The translations under genes and the position numbers were made by a program. A model generated the notes under the pieces. The model was given only the letters and a program-made list of their open reading frames with translations, was not told the origin of the DNA and did no database searches. A stretch of 64,000 nucleotides of DNA from Octopus sinensis (lineage: Eukaryota), in the NCBI RefSeq assembly GCF_006345805.1, contig NC_043007.1:8246001-8310000 (forward strand). The letters are read 5' to 3'. Of this stretch, positions 24,456 through 37,405 are shown one piece after another. Each line of letters begins with the position of its first letter. Positions within the stretch are counted from its first letter, which is position 1.

Positions 24456-25638
24456 ATGACTCAGGTTGAAAGTGGGAGGATCATCAAATAGCTGTAGTAG
24501 TAGGAGTGGTAAGGCTTGAGAGTGGGAGGATAATGAAATTACAACAGCAATGGGAGTGTCAAAGATTGAGAGCGGGAGGATCATAGAAGAGCAGCAGCAG
24601 CAGTAGGAGTGATGGAGGTGGTGGGGAAGGAGAAGATTACAAAACAACATGAACTGCATAATTAATTAGATTCATTAGTTTGCAACTATTTCAACAAAAA
24701 CAAATGAAATAATACTATGCGATGCATACGACTCCATATTACCTGAGCATCATCATCATCATCATCATCATCATGAAGCTGGATCCTTATATTATACATT
24801 TATGTATGTATATATGTTGGACAAACGAGCCTTCTTTTACGTAGAAGAGTAGCGGTCCATAAAGAACAGATAAATCTCCCAGAATACCGTCAAATTCCAC
24901 TAAGTAGTCACATAGACTCGTGCGCTAGAGGCAAAAATCCTAAATTTCACATATTCCCTTTCTATCAATGTAAAGACGGAATCACTACACAAGAAAGAAT
25001 CAACAAGGAGAATCTTTTTATTGAAAAATTCCAAATGCATCTTAATATGCAAACTCCACGATGACCATACTCCTTTTTTCAACATCCTATCTGACAAAAA
25101 ATTGATATAAGCATCCTGTTTGACAAAAAGTTCATCATCCCAATTGAAGAGCATAAAATCCACAGAGTTGTCCCCCCTTACTCACAGGAACTGGATAACT
25201 CCTACTCCATTTCCTGTTTTGACACTCTTTTACCAAACACTTTAAACTAAGCACCACGTTTAATCACATGGATCCTGATCCTCCTAAGAAGTTTTTCCAA
25301 GGACTATTATTGAACTCTAAAAGCATAAAGACTCTACCATGTATTGGTATACTTATTTATTAATTTTTGTATATATGTATTATTATTTTTTTGAAAAAAA
25401 CATTGTAAATTTATTTTTTCCCCTTCCTCAATTTAAAAAAAAAATCTTTTCATCTTTAAAAAATCTTGAAACTTTGCCTTGCGATGAAAACCGGTCTGAT
25501 TTATTATTTTTTCTTTTTTAATTTTCCATACACCCATTTTTATTAAAATTTACTTTCAATTTAGCATCCTGCCTTATTATAATTTTTCCTCTCCTATCAT
25601 TTCTCCATGTGCAGTCAACACAACCCCACCATTTATTG

Positions 25639-25639
<1 letters not shown>

Positions 25640-25676
<37 letters not shown>

Positions 25677-25920
25677 GGATATATATATGTGTATATATAT
25701 CTCTATATATATATATGAATATATATATATAGATATATATATATGTGTGCATATGTGTATATATATGGATATATATGTATGTATGTATGTATATATATAT
25801 ATATATTATATATATATATACATACACACACATGCGTGTGCACACATACATACATACATACATACATACATGTATATATATACACAGAGACAGATATATG
25901 CATATACACACCACATACAT
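25640..25920. repeat. (TA)n/(TACA)n low-complexity tract
   Basis: Directly visible. Confidence 0.9.
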
Positions 25921-28900
25921 AATGCTACTCCTTGATCCCATCACTCATCTTTACTCTTTACTCTTTACTCTTACAACGCCAATGAAAAGTGTAAGCAGTT
26001 CTTCTTCCTTCAAACTTCCTCTCTCACTGACATCGATTTCACTCAGTTTAGCAATTTCAGTTTCATCTCTTTGAAACTCACTGACTAAAGATGTTCTGAA
26101 GAGGAGAGCAATCTATTGCAAGTTGTTACATTCTGTTCAGCAAATCTTAATGTATTCGTCTGTTTCTTTTTTCCTAGATGTATATATTCGAAATTAAACC
26201 CATGCTCTTTCTTATTCTGTGCAACAACCAAGCCAATATGAGCTTTCTTATTCTGTTGTGATTCTCAAAGTCATTTGGAATAAGGAAATAAAGCTTTGCT
26301 GGTTACTTTCTTTCCTTTCTTGGTGCTCTGTTGCCAAGTTCCAGGGGGAAAGGCTGGCCAAGACATCTGAAGGCTGCACTCTCTGTACTAAATACAGAGA
26401 GAAAGGAGAGTTGCCCCTTAAACTTCTTTCAGGAGCAATCACAGTGCAGCTTTTGTGTTGCAATGTTACAGAGGGTGACGTCATGCACCTTGTTGCAGGT
26501 AGCATTGCTTCACCTATCTCTTTTCAGCACCCACCACCAGCTTGCTCATGCAGAAAGCAAGGTGAGTGCTCAAGCCTTTCTTGTTGGTGCATAACCTCTC
26601 TGTTACCAAGATCCCAATCAAACCACCATGCCGTAACCAATGGCAACTATGTCCCTGTGAGCCTTGGCTAATTGCTTGGAGATCAAACACCACGCTGTGA
26701 TTGCACTCACTCGCACACGTCATGCATATATGTAGACACACAGACACGCATACATACACATATAGATATTCACATACAAACACACATGCAAGGATTACTT
26801 CCCAAATGCCACGCTTCCTTCTTTCCACCCAGCTAATCTCCGCATGCATGACAACATGACAACATGACAAATTGTAATCTCTTGAACCAGATTTATTTCA
26901 CTTCCACAAATGTTGTTCTCTCTAATTAGTTTACGCTTGTGTCGTGGACCTGCTTGAACAGATCTTACCAAGCTTATTCAATGCTATTATCATGAACCAA
27001 TGGGAGACCCTCGGCATGTTCCCTCAGCCTGCTAGAAATAACAGCCAATTCTCCTTTAAATTACACTACCAACTTAATGAAGGCCATGCTGGATAATGTG
27101 GCCGTAGACGACTATATTATGTCTATCAAAACAGGATGGTCATGGCTGGAAAACCTTTGGTCATATGTCTGATAGGCCAAGTCTGATTTGAAGTGGACAA
27201 CAACAAAACCAACAACATGAGTGGATGCACAGTGAAGTTTCAATTAGGAAATTATAATAATAATTTAATTCTTAAACTTTTATGTTGATTCTATAAATAA
27301 ATTAAGAAAATAAGAAACTTATTGTGTCTTGGGCTGGTCATTACACCAATAATAATAAACACCTGAACTGGTTTAATATCCCTTCTGTATTGAACCAGTG
27401 CAGGTGTTTATTATTATTGGTGCAATGACCCTCCCAAGACACAACATGATTTGTTTCAACACATAAATTCACATCAAGAACCTTGCAAACCCACAATGTG
27501 ATCAGAAAATAAGAAAACACTTTGGAAATTTCATAGGACACAAATTTTAAGTAATTAATTAGTTATATACACCTGCCTTTAATTAGCTGTCCAGGTATGG
27601 CTGCTTTTGGATAATTGGTTAGATGCACCTGTCTTTAAAGAGCTGAGGTGTAGCTGTGTGGTTAAGAAGTTTGCTTCCTGACCATGTGATCTCAGGTTCA
27701 GTCCCACTGCATGGCACTTTGGGCAAACATCTTCTACTATTACCCTGGGCCAACCAAGGCCTTGCAAGCAGACTTAATGGATGGAAAACATCCTACGAGC
27801 AGTGATGTTCCTTTCCAGTCTTCAGGACAAACAGGTGAGAGTTGGGGACTGGAAGGGCGTCCAGCCATAGAAAATCTCTCTCAACAAATTCCATCTGACC
27901 CAATGCAAGCATAGGAAAGTGGACATTAAACGGTGATGATGATGATGGTGGTGGTGGTGGTGGTGGTATACTTATCTTTGCATAGTTGGTTAAATATGCT
28001 TGTCTTAATCTATTTATTGATTTTTGTTTTATCCTTTCCCTGCCCAAATCAATTCTATCTGGATCAATGAAAAAGACATTTCTATACCAGTTATTGTGGT
28101 TGTTGATTTAAACACACACACACACACACTTAAAATACTCTTTTTTTTAGCTTTAATGATTTCATCTTTTATCGTTTATTTGTTTCAAAGATTGGACTGC
28201 GACCATGCTGGAGTATCACTTTGAATATGAATAATATGTGTGTGCGTGTGCATTAGACCAGAATGAGGGTAAAATAGCGAATACTGGAGAAATATTTTCT
28301 TTGACAAGAGAAAAGATAGAAGAGAGAGATAGGATATGTCCAGTCCTTAGGAAAGTCCTGAAAGAAAAGAAAGTAGAGGGCTTAGAAGAATTCAGTCTGT
28401 TGCATTGTGTGTGGGAATAGAATCCTAATTAACTGGTTCTCCTGTATTCTCTTTTACCTAAAGCCAAGACCTTTTCAGTACTCCCTCATATATATGTGTG
28501 TGTGTGCGTGTGTGAATGTGTATGTATATATATACTTATGCACACAGACGTGTGTGTGTACATGTATGTTTGTGCATCTGTGTTTATGTTTGTCTCCCAC
28601 CAAACCTAAGAAGCCAATACCAACTACTGTTGGTTTGTTTACATCCCCATAACTTAAAAGCTTGGCAAAAGACACCAACAAAATAAGAATGATACTTTAA
28701 AAGAAAATAAGCCCTGAGGTTGATTTGTCTGACTAAAACCCTTTATAGCAGTGCTCCAGCATGGCTGGAGTCAATCACTGAAACAAGTAAAAGATAAAAT
28801 CTTTTCAATTGAAATTCCTCAATGCGGTTCTCTTGTTCTCCTAAAAGAAACATGTCATTACCATTACAGAAAACCATTTTGGAAAAATGAGATTTTTTAC

Positions 28901-28988
28901 CCAAAGAATGATTTCATTTAATTTACTATTTCTTGATCTGATTTCTGTATAATTCTTGAACCATGGCTGTTTTTCTTTGCACCAACAG

Positions 28989-29074
28989 ATTCCATTTCCG
29001 ACGTCAACCATACATTCTAATATGAGTGTCTACCAGAAGATAATTGAAATCCAGAAATACATAGAAGCTCTTGA
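28989..29074 (+). CDS. VASH: Vasohibin coding exon 2 (IPFPTSTIHSNMSVYQKIIEIQKYIEAL)
   Basis: Resembles IPIPSVP...LEAVQRYIRELQ; aacag acceptor; followed by U12 donor GTATCCTTT. Confidence 0.92.
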
Positions 29075-29879
29075 GTATCCTTTGTAGAAATTCAAAGAAA
29101 AATGGTATTCTCCATTTATCTATTTTTTTTTTTTGTGGTTTTGTCAGTAAAGAATGAAGGGCAATGTTGATGACTCTTTTACAAGATCCCAAAGACAAGT
29201 AGAGGGAAAGAAAGAAGAATTTGATATCTTTATATCGGAGACATGATCCAAATGTTTGAAACAAAATAGATTCTGCCACTCTGCTAAAAAAAATACCCAA
29301 GAATCAATCAGTGGTTTTAACCATTTTAATGCCAACCATCCTGAAACAAACACTTGAAGTGATCTTAATTAAAACCTTCCACAAAAATTTCATGTTAAAT
29401 TTGTTCTAAATACCAGCTTAAAATCAGCAAAGGTATTTTAATAAATCCTTCATTATATTTAAAATTAGCTGAAGCAGGGGTAGTGCATTCCAGCAGAAAT
29501 ATGGTAACAAAAGGATTAAAGTGATTTCAATTAAAACCTTCCTAAAGCTTGGGGTTAAAAATTTAAAACAAAAAATATTTACAGCAATCAAATAAATCAC
29601 TTCATAATTTTTACTTGTTTAATTTTTTTTTATCCAAAGTTATTGAGCCCATGTTTAACTTATTGGGGCCTTTTAGATTTAAAATGCCATTAAATTTAAT
29701 CAAGTCCCTCAGAATCTACTGAAACCCTTTTTAATTTCAGAGTCTCTTCAAATTGTTTCGAGCCCCTACAATTAACGGGACCCTCTAAATTATCTTCTTA
29801 TACTTCAAATAGTGCCTTTTTCAAAAATACTTTGAGCCTGTTTTCTTAGAATATAATTAGAGGGCAATCAACAGCTATG

Positions 29880-30075
29880 CATTATCTCAACAAAGTAACA
29901 TCAACTGTTTAGATGAAACATCTTTTCCAAAGTTGAAGAGAATAGAAGACCACTTGTGACCAACTCTCATTCAACAAAGTTGGGCTGCTCTTAGTATCAT
30001 GTGCATTGAAGCAGATAAACTCCATGAAAAAAGTTTTGATGACTTAATCAAAGCCTTTATTGTTTATAAATAAAT
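29880..30075 (+). mobile_element. hAT transposase C-terminal dimerisation-domain remnant
   Basis: ETSFPKLKRIEDHL*PTLIQQSWAALSIMCIEADKLHEKSFDDLIKAF resembles the ERSFSKLK..K..LRSTM.Q.RL..L..L.IE motif. Confidence 0.65.
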
Positions 30076-30610
30076 TTTAAAAATACAGTTTAATTTATTC
30101 TGTTCTTGGCTACAAATCTTATTATTATTTATTTTTCAGTAAAAACTGTGATCCCTAATTTTAGTTTTCTCAAACTATTCATATCTTTAAAAAACCTGCT
30201 CTTAATAATTGAATTTATTTATATTCTGTCAGTTTTTTTATGTGCAATATTTTATGTTGGTTTTTCATTTGTTCCTTAAATCCTGATCCTTTAGATCAAA
30301 CTGCATTTAGTTTTGCTGTTCAACTCTGTTCATACCGACCTGTAATGACCCTTTGCCATGTTGCAATTTAATGCTGTGATGCAGTCTTTTGGTTGTTTGG
30401 TTGCAGCAGCCAAATGCATTTATTAGTTTTGACATAATGAGATTATGATTGGCTTCAGAAATCTAAACAATTAAAAATAATGTATGCAAAACCGTAGGGG
30501 CACCCCAACCAAAACCCCCCCAAAAAAGGAAGCCTATTGGCCCCAGGATTCCAGCAGATCTAAATCTGCCACGTTTCAATATCCCTATTATTTTGCTTAA
30601 CTGACTTCAG

Positions 30611-30667
30611 ATACAATTATACGGGGACACAGTTTTTCCATATCCAGAAGTCTAAACCTCTTTGCTT
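30611..30667 (+). CDS. VASH: Vasohibin coding exon 3 (YNYTGTQFFHIQKSKPLC)
   Basis: Resembles YNHTGTQFFEIKKSRPLT; U12-like branch TTTGCTTAAC upstream; donor TT|GTGAGT. Confidence 0.95.
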
Positions 30668-30927
30668 GTGAGTTGGAACCATTTTGCTTCTGATTAATTC
30701 TTCTAATTACAATCAGGATATTGAGTCAGTCTTTTGTCTTTAATCTTTTATTCTTTCACTTGTTTCTGTCTATGACCATGCTGGGGCACTGCCTTGAAGG
30801 GTTTTAATCAAACCAATTAATACCAGTACTTACATTTTTTTATAAGCATGATACTGATTCTGTCAGTCTCTTTTGTCAAACCACTAAGTTACAGGGACAT
30901 AAACAAACCATACATATATATATACAT

Positions 30928-30996
<69 letters not shown>

Positions 30997-31000
30997 ATAT

Positions 31001-31290
31001 CACGTGACCGACCAGTCCATCAGATGTAGTTACACATCACTGGTCACAATGCGTTCGCATTGTTTTAGCCTTCGAATGAGGCCACCCCGCTGGCTAAGCG
31101 AGCAGGCCAACAGACGAAAGAGTGAGAGAAAGAGTGGTGAAAGAGTACAATCGGGATCACCACCCCCTGCCGGAGCGTCATGGAGCTTTTAAGTGTTTTC
31201 GCTCAATAAACACACACAACGCCCGGTCTGGGAATCGAAACCGCGATCCTATGACCGCGAGTCCGCTGCCCTAACCACTGGGCCATTGCA
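31001..31290 (-). mobile_element. tRNA-derived SINE
   Basis: Minus-strand head TGGCCCAGTGGTTAGG...GGTTTCGATTCC with Pol III A and B boxes; partial copy at about 10480-10605. Confidence 0.75.
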
Positions 31291-31428
31291 ACGAGGTAAA
31301 TACATATTTACCTGATATACGGAACAGCTGTAAACTTACACTAACATACTCTCATCTTAATTAATTAATTAATTAATGGCTTTATAACACCAAAGATCCA
31401 CTTCTCATTGTTATTTATTTCTCCATTT

Positions 31429-31432
<4 letters not shown>

Positions 31433-31479
<47 letters not shown>

Positions 31480-31495
31480 ATATATTATATATATA

Positions 31496-31526
<31 letters not shown>

Positions 31527-31528
31527 CA

Positions 31529-31589
<61 letters not shown>

Positions 31590-31640
31590 CACATACACAC
31601 ACACATATATATATATATATATACATATATATACATATAC

Positions 31641-31675
<35 letters not shown>

Positions 31676-31723
31676 GATGTATATATGTGTATATATCTAT
31701 ATATATATATATATATAATATAT

Positions 31724-31754
<31 letters not shown>

Positions 31755-31755
31755 G
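31433..31755. repeat. (CT)n-(TA)n tract
   Basis: Directly visible. Confidence 0.9.
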
Positions 31756-31849
31756 TGGGCAGCTGGGTGCAATATAAACCGTATAGGCAAAATTTAGTCA
31801 TCACTAATTGTGACCATATGTGCTACAAACACATATATTGCTAGAAATA

Positions 31850-33120
31850 GCAGTTAAACCACTCATAGCTGCATGAAAACACATTTATATATACCAAGAG
31901 GGTAGATAACTGCCCCAGGATTGAAGCAAAACTGGAACACTGGACTGCACACTTTGCATCATGTGCTCCAGCTGAGGCAGTGCCCATGCTGTTCCATGAG
32001 CACCTATTTGAATCTAGCATGATGTTCCCTAATGCCAAATGTAGTGGACCAAAGACGTCACATTGTGTCTTTCTAGGATCCTGAAAGAAAATTTGGGCTT
32101 ATTTAAGCACAGCTCAAAGGGAACCTCCATTACTCCAATATATTTCTTTGTATCATTAGTGCTGCTGGTGTTGTTGCTGCTGCTGCTATCATTGCCATTC
32201 CTGCTGTTACTGGTAGACACCAACTCTGTCTCTTAGACCATGGCATCGGAGTTCCATTGACCTCCTTCTGAGAATTCACTGTTAACCCTACTTGAGCATC
32301 CTGCCTCAGTTGAGAGTTTAGGGGATTCACAAAAATCTTTTTAACACTGGGCACACTGCTGAATGAGACCCTTACCATGTGTCTATTAAATAATCCCCTG
32401 TACTTGAGAAGGGTGGGATAAACCAAATGACCTTCTGGTAGCACTTTCTTTTGTGGGTGTTAGAGCTTGGCATAAAGGTGTCCTTAAACCCATTGGCTGC
32501 CAAAGCCCCATTGTAATAGGGGACCACACCATTAAAAATCTCTTTATTCAAAGACGGGTTCAAAATACTCTTACTGACAACCTTCGCCAGGTTCTTCAAC
32601 TCAAAAGGTTGTTGGTAGATGGCTGTGTCAATGTACAATGGCAATTCATTTGGTTTTCAGTAGGGCCTGTATGAACTGGTACCCAAATGGAGTGTAACAT
32701 CTAAAACGGTAACTATGTTAAGATTGGTCTCAATTGTAGTTTGAAGACCAAGGGGTCTAAGTGTGTGAATTAGGTCCTTCCTAAGCCTATCTAGGGTGTG
32801 CCCATTTGTACCTCTAGAAATGGCTAAAGCGCTATCTCTGCATAGGCCAAAATGGACTGATGGGATGTTAAAAGTGTCCAGTATATACAATCTTGTGTGA
32901 TTGCAGATGTCCATTCTGTTGAATGCTCCCATTGCCCCCTCGAAGGAGCCTATTGGGTCAGTTATTATGACCCAGGCTAAACCTTTGTTGAACAGCAGGG
33001 TTTTCTTAGCATGTATAATTACATCTGAATCTCTATCACTAATGTCAATAAATTCCCTAGGGAACATAAGAGTTGAGAGTTTTGTATTTATTGGAGTATC
33101 GTGTTTAGTGGAGTAATTTG
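31850..33120 (-). mobile_element. Penelope-like retroelement (Naiad/Chlamys-like), decayed RT and linker
   Basis: IIHAKKTLLFNKGLAWV...F..AMGAF...GLCRDSALAI..LDRLRKDL...IETNLNIVTVLDVTLHL..SYRPY*KPN.LPLYI...EIFN..VPYYNGAL...KVIWFIPPFS. Confidence 0.8.
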
Positions 33121-33464
33121 GAGAACATCGTGTGAAGACGTATAGAATGTATATATCCAACATATAGAAGCATATAAAAAGTATGAATGTCTTCATTGCC
33201 TCATTTATATCCTTGTATACGTTGGATTTACAGATTCCACAAAGCGAGGATAGACGCAACTGTCTTCACACGATGTTCTTCAAATTGAAGCTCCAATAAA
33301 TACAACTCTCAACGATCTCAATGACTTCCTACAACTTCCACGAGTTCTCTACGATTCCCACCTCTTCTCTCTCATCTCTGACTCTCGCCACAACACTGGG
33401 TTAATCAGGTGGCACTTGGGGTTGGAGGTGAAGTTTGGTTTGGGATCTTTGATGGTGATAAAAG

Positions 33465-33531
<67 letters not shown>

Positions 33532-33653
33532 ATAAAGAGAGAGAGAGATTACATATGTGTGTGTGTGTGTGCGTGAGTGTGCAGGTGTTCACACACATGT
33601 ATGTATGTATATATTTATATGTATGTATGTGTATATATGTTCCAATCTTTCAG

Positions 33654-33728
33654 CTTAATGGAAACAGCCAAAGAAATCATGAAGGAATGCCTTCCAATCA
33701 AATGCCTCGAAGCTGTCATTCTTGCTGT
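33654..33728 (+). CDS. VASH: Vasohibin coding exon 4 (LMETAKEIMKECLPIKCLEAVILA), catalytic Cys
   Basis: LPIKCLEAVIL is identical to human VASH1; ctttcag acceptor; U12 donor GTATCCTTTT at 33729. Confidence 0.97.
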
Positions 33729-35316
33729 GTATCCTTTTGCTCAAACATTTAAACATTTGTTTTCTGAAAATTCTCCAAAGGAAATCCAAATAATTTCTAA
33801 GTACTTTTCCACAACTTTGCTGTTGTAGAAGGGGTTTTTTTGTCATCATTTTGGAGGAGTGTACGTCATTTTTATGACCATATTTATTGGGGAGGAGTCT
33901 TTTTAATTATCATTTTTAGAGAGTTTGCCATTTTCATTACCATTTTAGACCACTCCTCTTCAGCACATTTTTTTTATCATGTTCTTTTATGGTTTTACCT
34001 TTTTTCTTTAGTTATCATGAGTGGTGTGAAGGTGCGTGGCTTAGTGGTTTGGGCGTTCAGCTCAGAATCATAAGGTCATGAGTTCAATTCCCGGAGACAC
34101 ATTGTGTCCTTGAGCAAGACACTTTATTTCACATCCACTCCAGTCCACTCAGCTGGCAAAAATGAGTTGTACCTGTATTTTAACCTGTAGTTCTCATGGA
34201 GATTCAGCCTGACATGGAGTGGGACAGGGCTGGCAATAAAATTACAAAACGAAAACAGGCAAAACAATATAAGGGCTTACTGTACAGGATCATTGGCATA
34301 ACCTGCTAGAAATAACAGCTAAATTTCCCTTAAATTCAAATGTCTGCACTGGATGGTTTGAATTGACAACCTTCATGCCCTAATTTTTTTTATGTCCCTT
34401 CATCCTGGATAGGAAAACCTTTGTATTTAAGGTAAGGTGACTCTTCTAGATGGCTAGGTGAGCCGTAGCAATGAGGAATTAAGTATTCTAGTAGCAATGG
34501 AGCATTTATATCTGTAGTATCCAACCAGGGATCTTCAGACCCCTTGCAATCTCCTATGGGGGTCTATGATCTGAGTCAAAAATTTCTTGAGTGAACAGAC
34601 CTTTCGAAATATAGGGTCTCTGAGAAAAGCCATTTCCATAAAAAGAGATCCTTTGCAGTGAAATTATTGGGAACCATGCAACCACTTGATTTTCTATAAA
34701 TAGCAGCTAAATTTCCCTCACATCACTTCCTCTTGTTTCAAAACAAGAAGGAGGACACAGTGGATGAAGTAGTTGTAGATGTAGAAAGAGTTGAGATGGT
34801 CATGAATGGAATGCCTTTGATCATAGATCAACTCAATCAAGGTTGACTAAACTCAGGCAAAATTACAACAGCAAGAAATGCTCTGCCCAGAAACACCCTG
34901 TGATGCTTGTCTTGGACTTGAACTCACAACCCATGAACAGGTTGTCCAATCACTTTATCCACTCAGTTATTATGACCTCTGCTCATTAATGACATATTCA
35001 AGAAAATTAATTCGAGCACAACCTGGAATCAAAACAGAAGCTTGTGGGTTCAACTCACAACCTTTTGATCATCAACCCAACGACAGAAACACTCAGCCAC
35101 ATGCCTGCACTTCTAGACAATGTTTCCATGACTCTCTTATCCTATGTATCCTTCCATTTCTCATAATAGTAAGATATGATTATTGAGAGATTTAATAGCT
35201 ATTTCTAGCAGACAAAGCAACCACATAGTGGTTTCCTCCATTACCCATACTTAAATATCAATACTTTTAAAATAACCAATCAATAAAATTGAAGAATTTC
35301 CTGAACGAGACCAAAG

Positions 35317-35488
35317 TTATATGACAAATGGGATTCCAACTCTTGAAAGGTTTTCAATTGGGTTCAAGACAGTCTTCAAAACTGTGGAATATCGACATGT
35401 TGTCTTGGGTATCTACTACAAAGGGTCTTACGGTGCTCTTGGCATGAGCCGGAGGGAAAAACTCATGTACAAGCCACTAGTTTATTCG
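35317..35488 (+). CDS. VASH: Vasohibin coding exon 5, catalytic His and GMSRR motif
   Basis: YMTNGIPTLERFSIGFKT...YRHVVLG...YGALGMSRREKLMYKP; U12-like branch TTTCCTGAAC with no polypyrimidine tract; donor TCG|GTAAGA. Confidence 0.97.
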
Positions 35489-37359
35489 GTAAGAGGATTT
35501 TCTTTTTTTATCTTTTGACCATTTTCTTTGATGATTTATAGCAGTGATCCCCAGCCTTTTCACTACCGAGGACCCCTTTTCTTTAAATGAGTTTTCCCAT
35601 GGACCCCAGGATATTGAAAGGTCTGTCAGCTTATCATGTTCACAGACCCCCAGTACAACCTTTGCAGATCACTAGGGGTCTATGGACCTCAGGTTGGGAA
35701 CCCCCAATTTATAGCTTCATCTGCTGATCTGTCCCTGGCAGAATTTCCACTGCCTCTGGCACAAATTTTCCACACAGCATCATCATTGGTATCTCTTCGT
35801 GAGTGAATTTCGTTCCTTTGAATTTAGTTTTTATAAACTATAGGTTGTCTGCAAAAGCCTTTTTTTTCCGCTCTCTCAAAAAAAAAACGAAAATTGGTAA
35901 ATCAGACAAGAGCGACTGAACGGAACCATCCATGAATCCACTTGTAGGTGCATAACTGTGTGTTACTGATGCATACCACCATGCATTTGCAATGTGTATG
36001 TGCATAGCTGTGCATTGCTGATGCAGGCCACTATGCACAAATATGTTGACACTAAAATGAGAGGAGACTCTGGCAGATATGTGAGGCAACCCTTATCACC
36101 CTACACTAGAGATGCAAAAAAAGGGAAAAACTTATTGATAATAGATTGGTAAACGTGCGTTGATATGTGCTGCAGGCTGGTTCGCATCCACTGCTGTGTT
36201 GGTTTGCATTCGTTGGTGTGTCAATAAACATCCATCTGTGTTTCGTGTTTATGTGTGTGTTTATATGCAAGTGTGTAGCATTGTATGTTGGTGGAGGAAT
36301 TCCTTATTCTTTATTCACTTGAATTACTAGAAAGAATGGTGAAGAGATTTGTAAAATTATAATTTGATTCCCACTGATGAGGTCATGGATGGCAACGAAA
36401 GGATTCTGACAAGCGTGGCTGATTGATTTATTGTCCAAAGGATTAAACAAATAATCGATTGGTTAAACAACTAACTAAATCTCTAGCAGACAGGTCTAAC
36501 CAATATGGAGGAAGAGCAATTCCCAGAAAGCAGCCAGTCTGTTGGTTCCTGTCAGCGCCAGATGCGAGCTGTCTACTCTCTTGTTTGCAATATAACAGAC
36601 ACAGATATTCTTTCCTACTCTAGGCACAAGGCCCAAAATTTTAGTGGAGGGGGGGTCTAGTCGATTAGATTAATCCCAGTATGCAACTGGTACTTAATTT
36701 ATCAACCCCAGAAAGGGTGAAAGACAAAGTCGACCTTGGCGGAATTTGAACTCAGAACGTAAAGACAGACAATGTTTCTTCCAGCTTGCCACCTTATAAC
36801 AGACACAGATCATCATCATCGTTTAACGTCTGCTTTCCTTGCTAGTATGGGTTGGACGATTTTGACTGAGGGCTGGCGAACCAGATGGCTGCACCAGGCT
36901 CCAATCTTGATCTAGTAGGGTTTCTACAGCTGGATGCCCTTCCTAACGCCAACCACTTTGAAAGTGTAGTGGGTGCTTTTTACATGCCACCAGCACAGGG
37001 GCCAGTCAGGCAGTACTGGCAACGACCTCACTCAAATCTTTTTACACATGCCACTGGCACAGGTGACAGTAAGGCGATGCTGGTAATGATCACGCTTGAA
37101 TGGTACCTTTTACGTGCCACCTACACGGTTAGCCGCTCTGGCAACAATCACGCTCAGACACAGATATTGCATCATAAACTTGCTGGAGGATGTGTTCTCC
37201 TGGGGTTAAATCTTTTTCATTGCATGACTTCTCGTCAGGAACCTTACAAACCAAATAAAAAAATTTGAAACTTCAGAATCTTTTATAAGTTTTAGATTTT
37301 GAGTTGAAACATTGCATTTCAATAAAAACAATAAAAACAACCACCTTTATTACTTTCAG

Positions 37360-37405
37360 AGTTTACATGAATTGATATTGAATTACCAGATGTCTTACAA
37401 AGACT
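37360..37405 (+). CDS. VASH: Vasohibin coding exon 6 (SLHELILNYQMSYKD)
   Basis: Resembles TLSELVLDFEAAYGR; tactttcag / T|GTAAGT; phases fit. Confidence 0.9.

Noticed and set aside
26219-26671. 150-aa ORF in a VASH intron
   Set aside because: Non-ATG start, no recognisable motif, no clear splice support; probably an old repeat.
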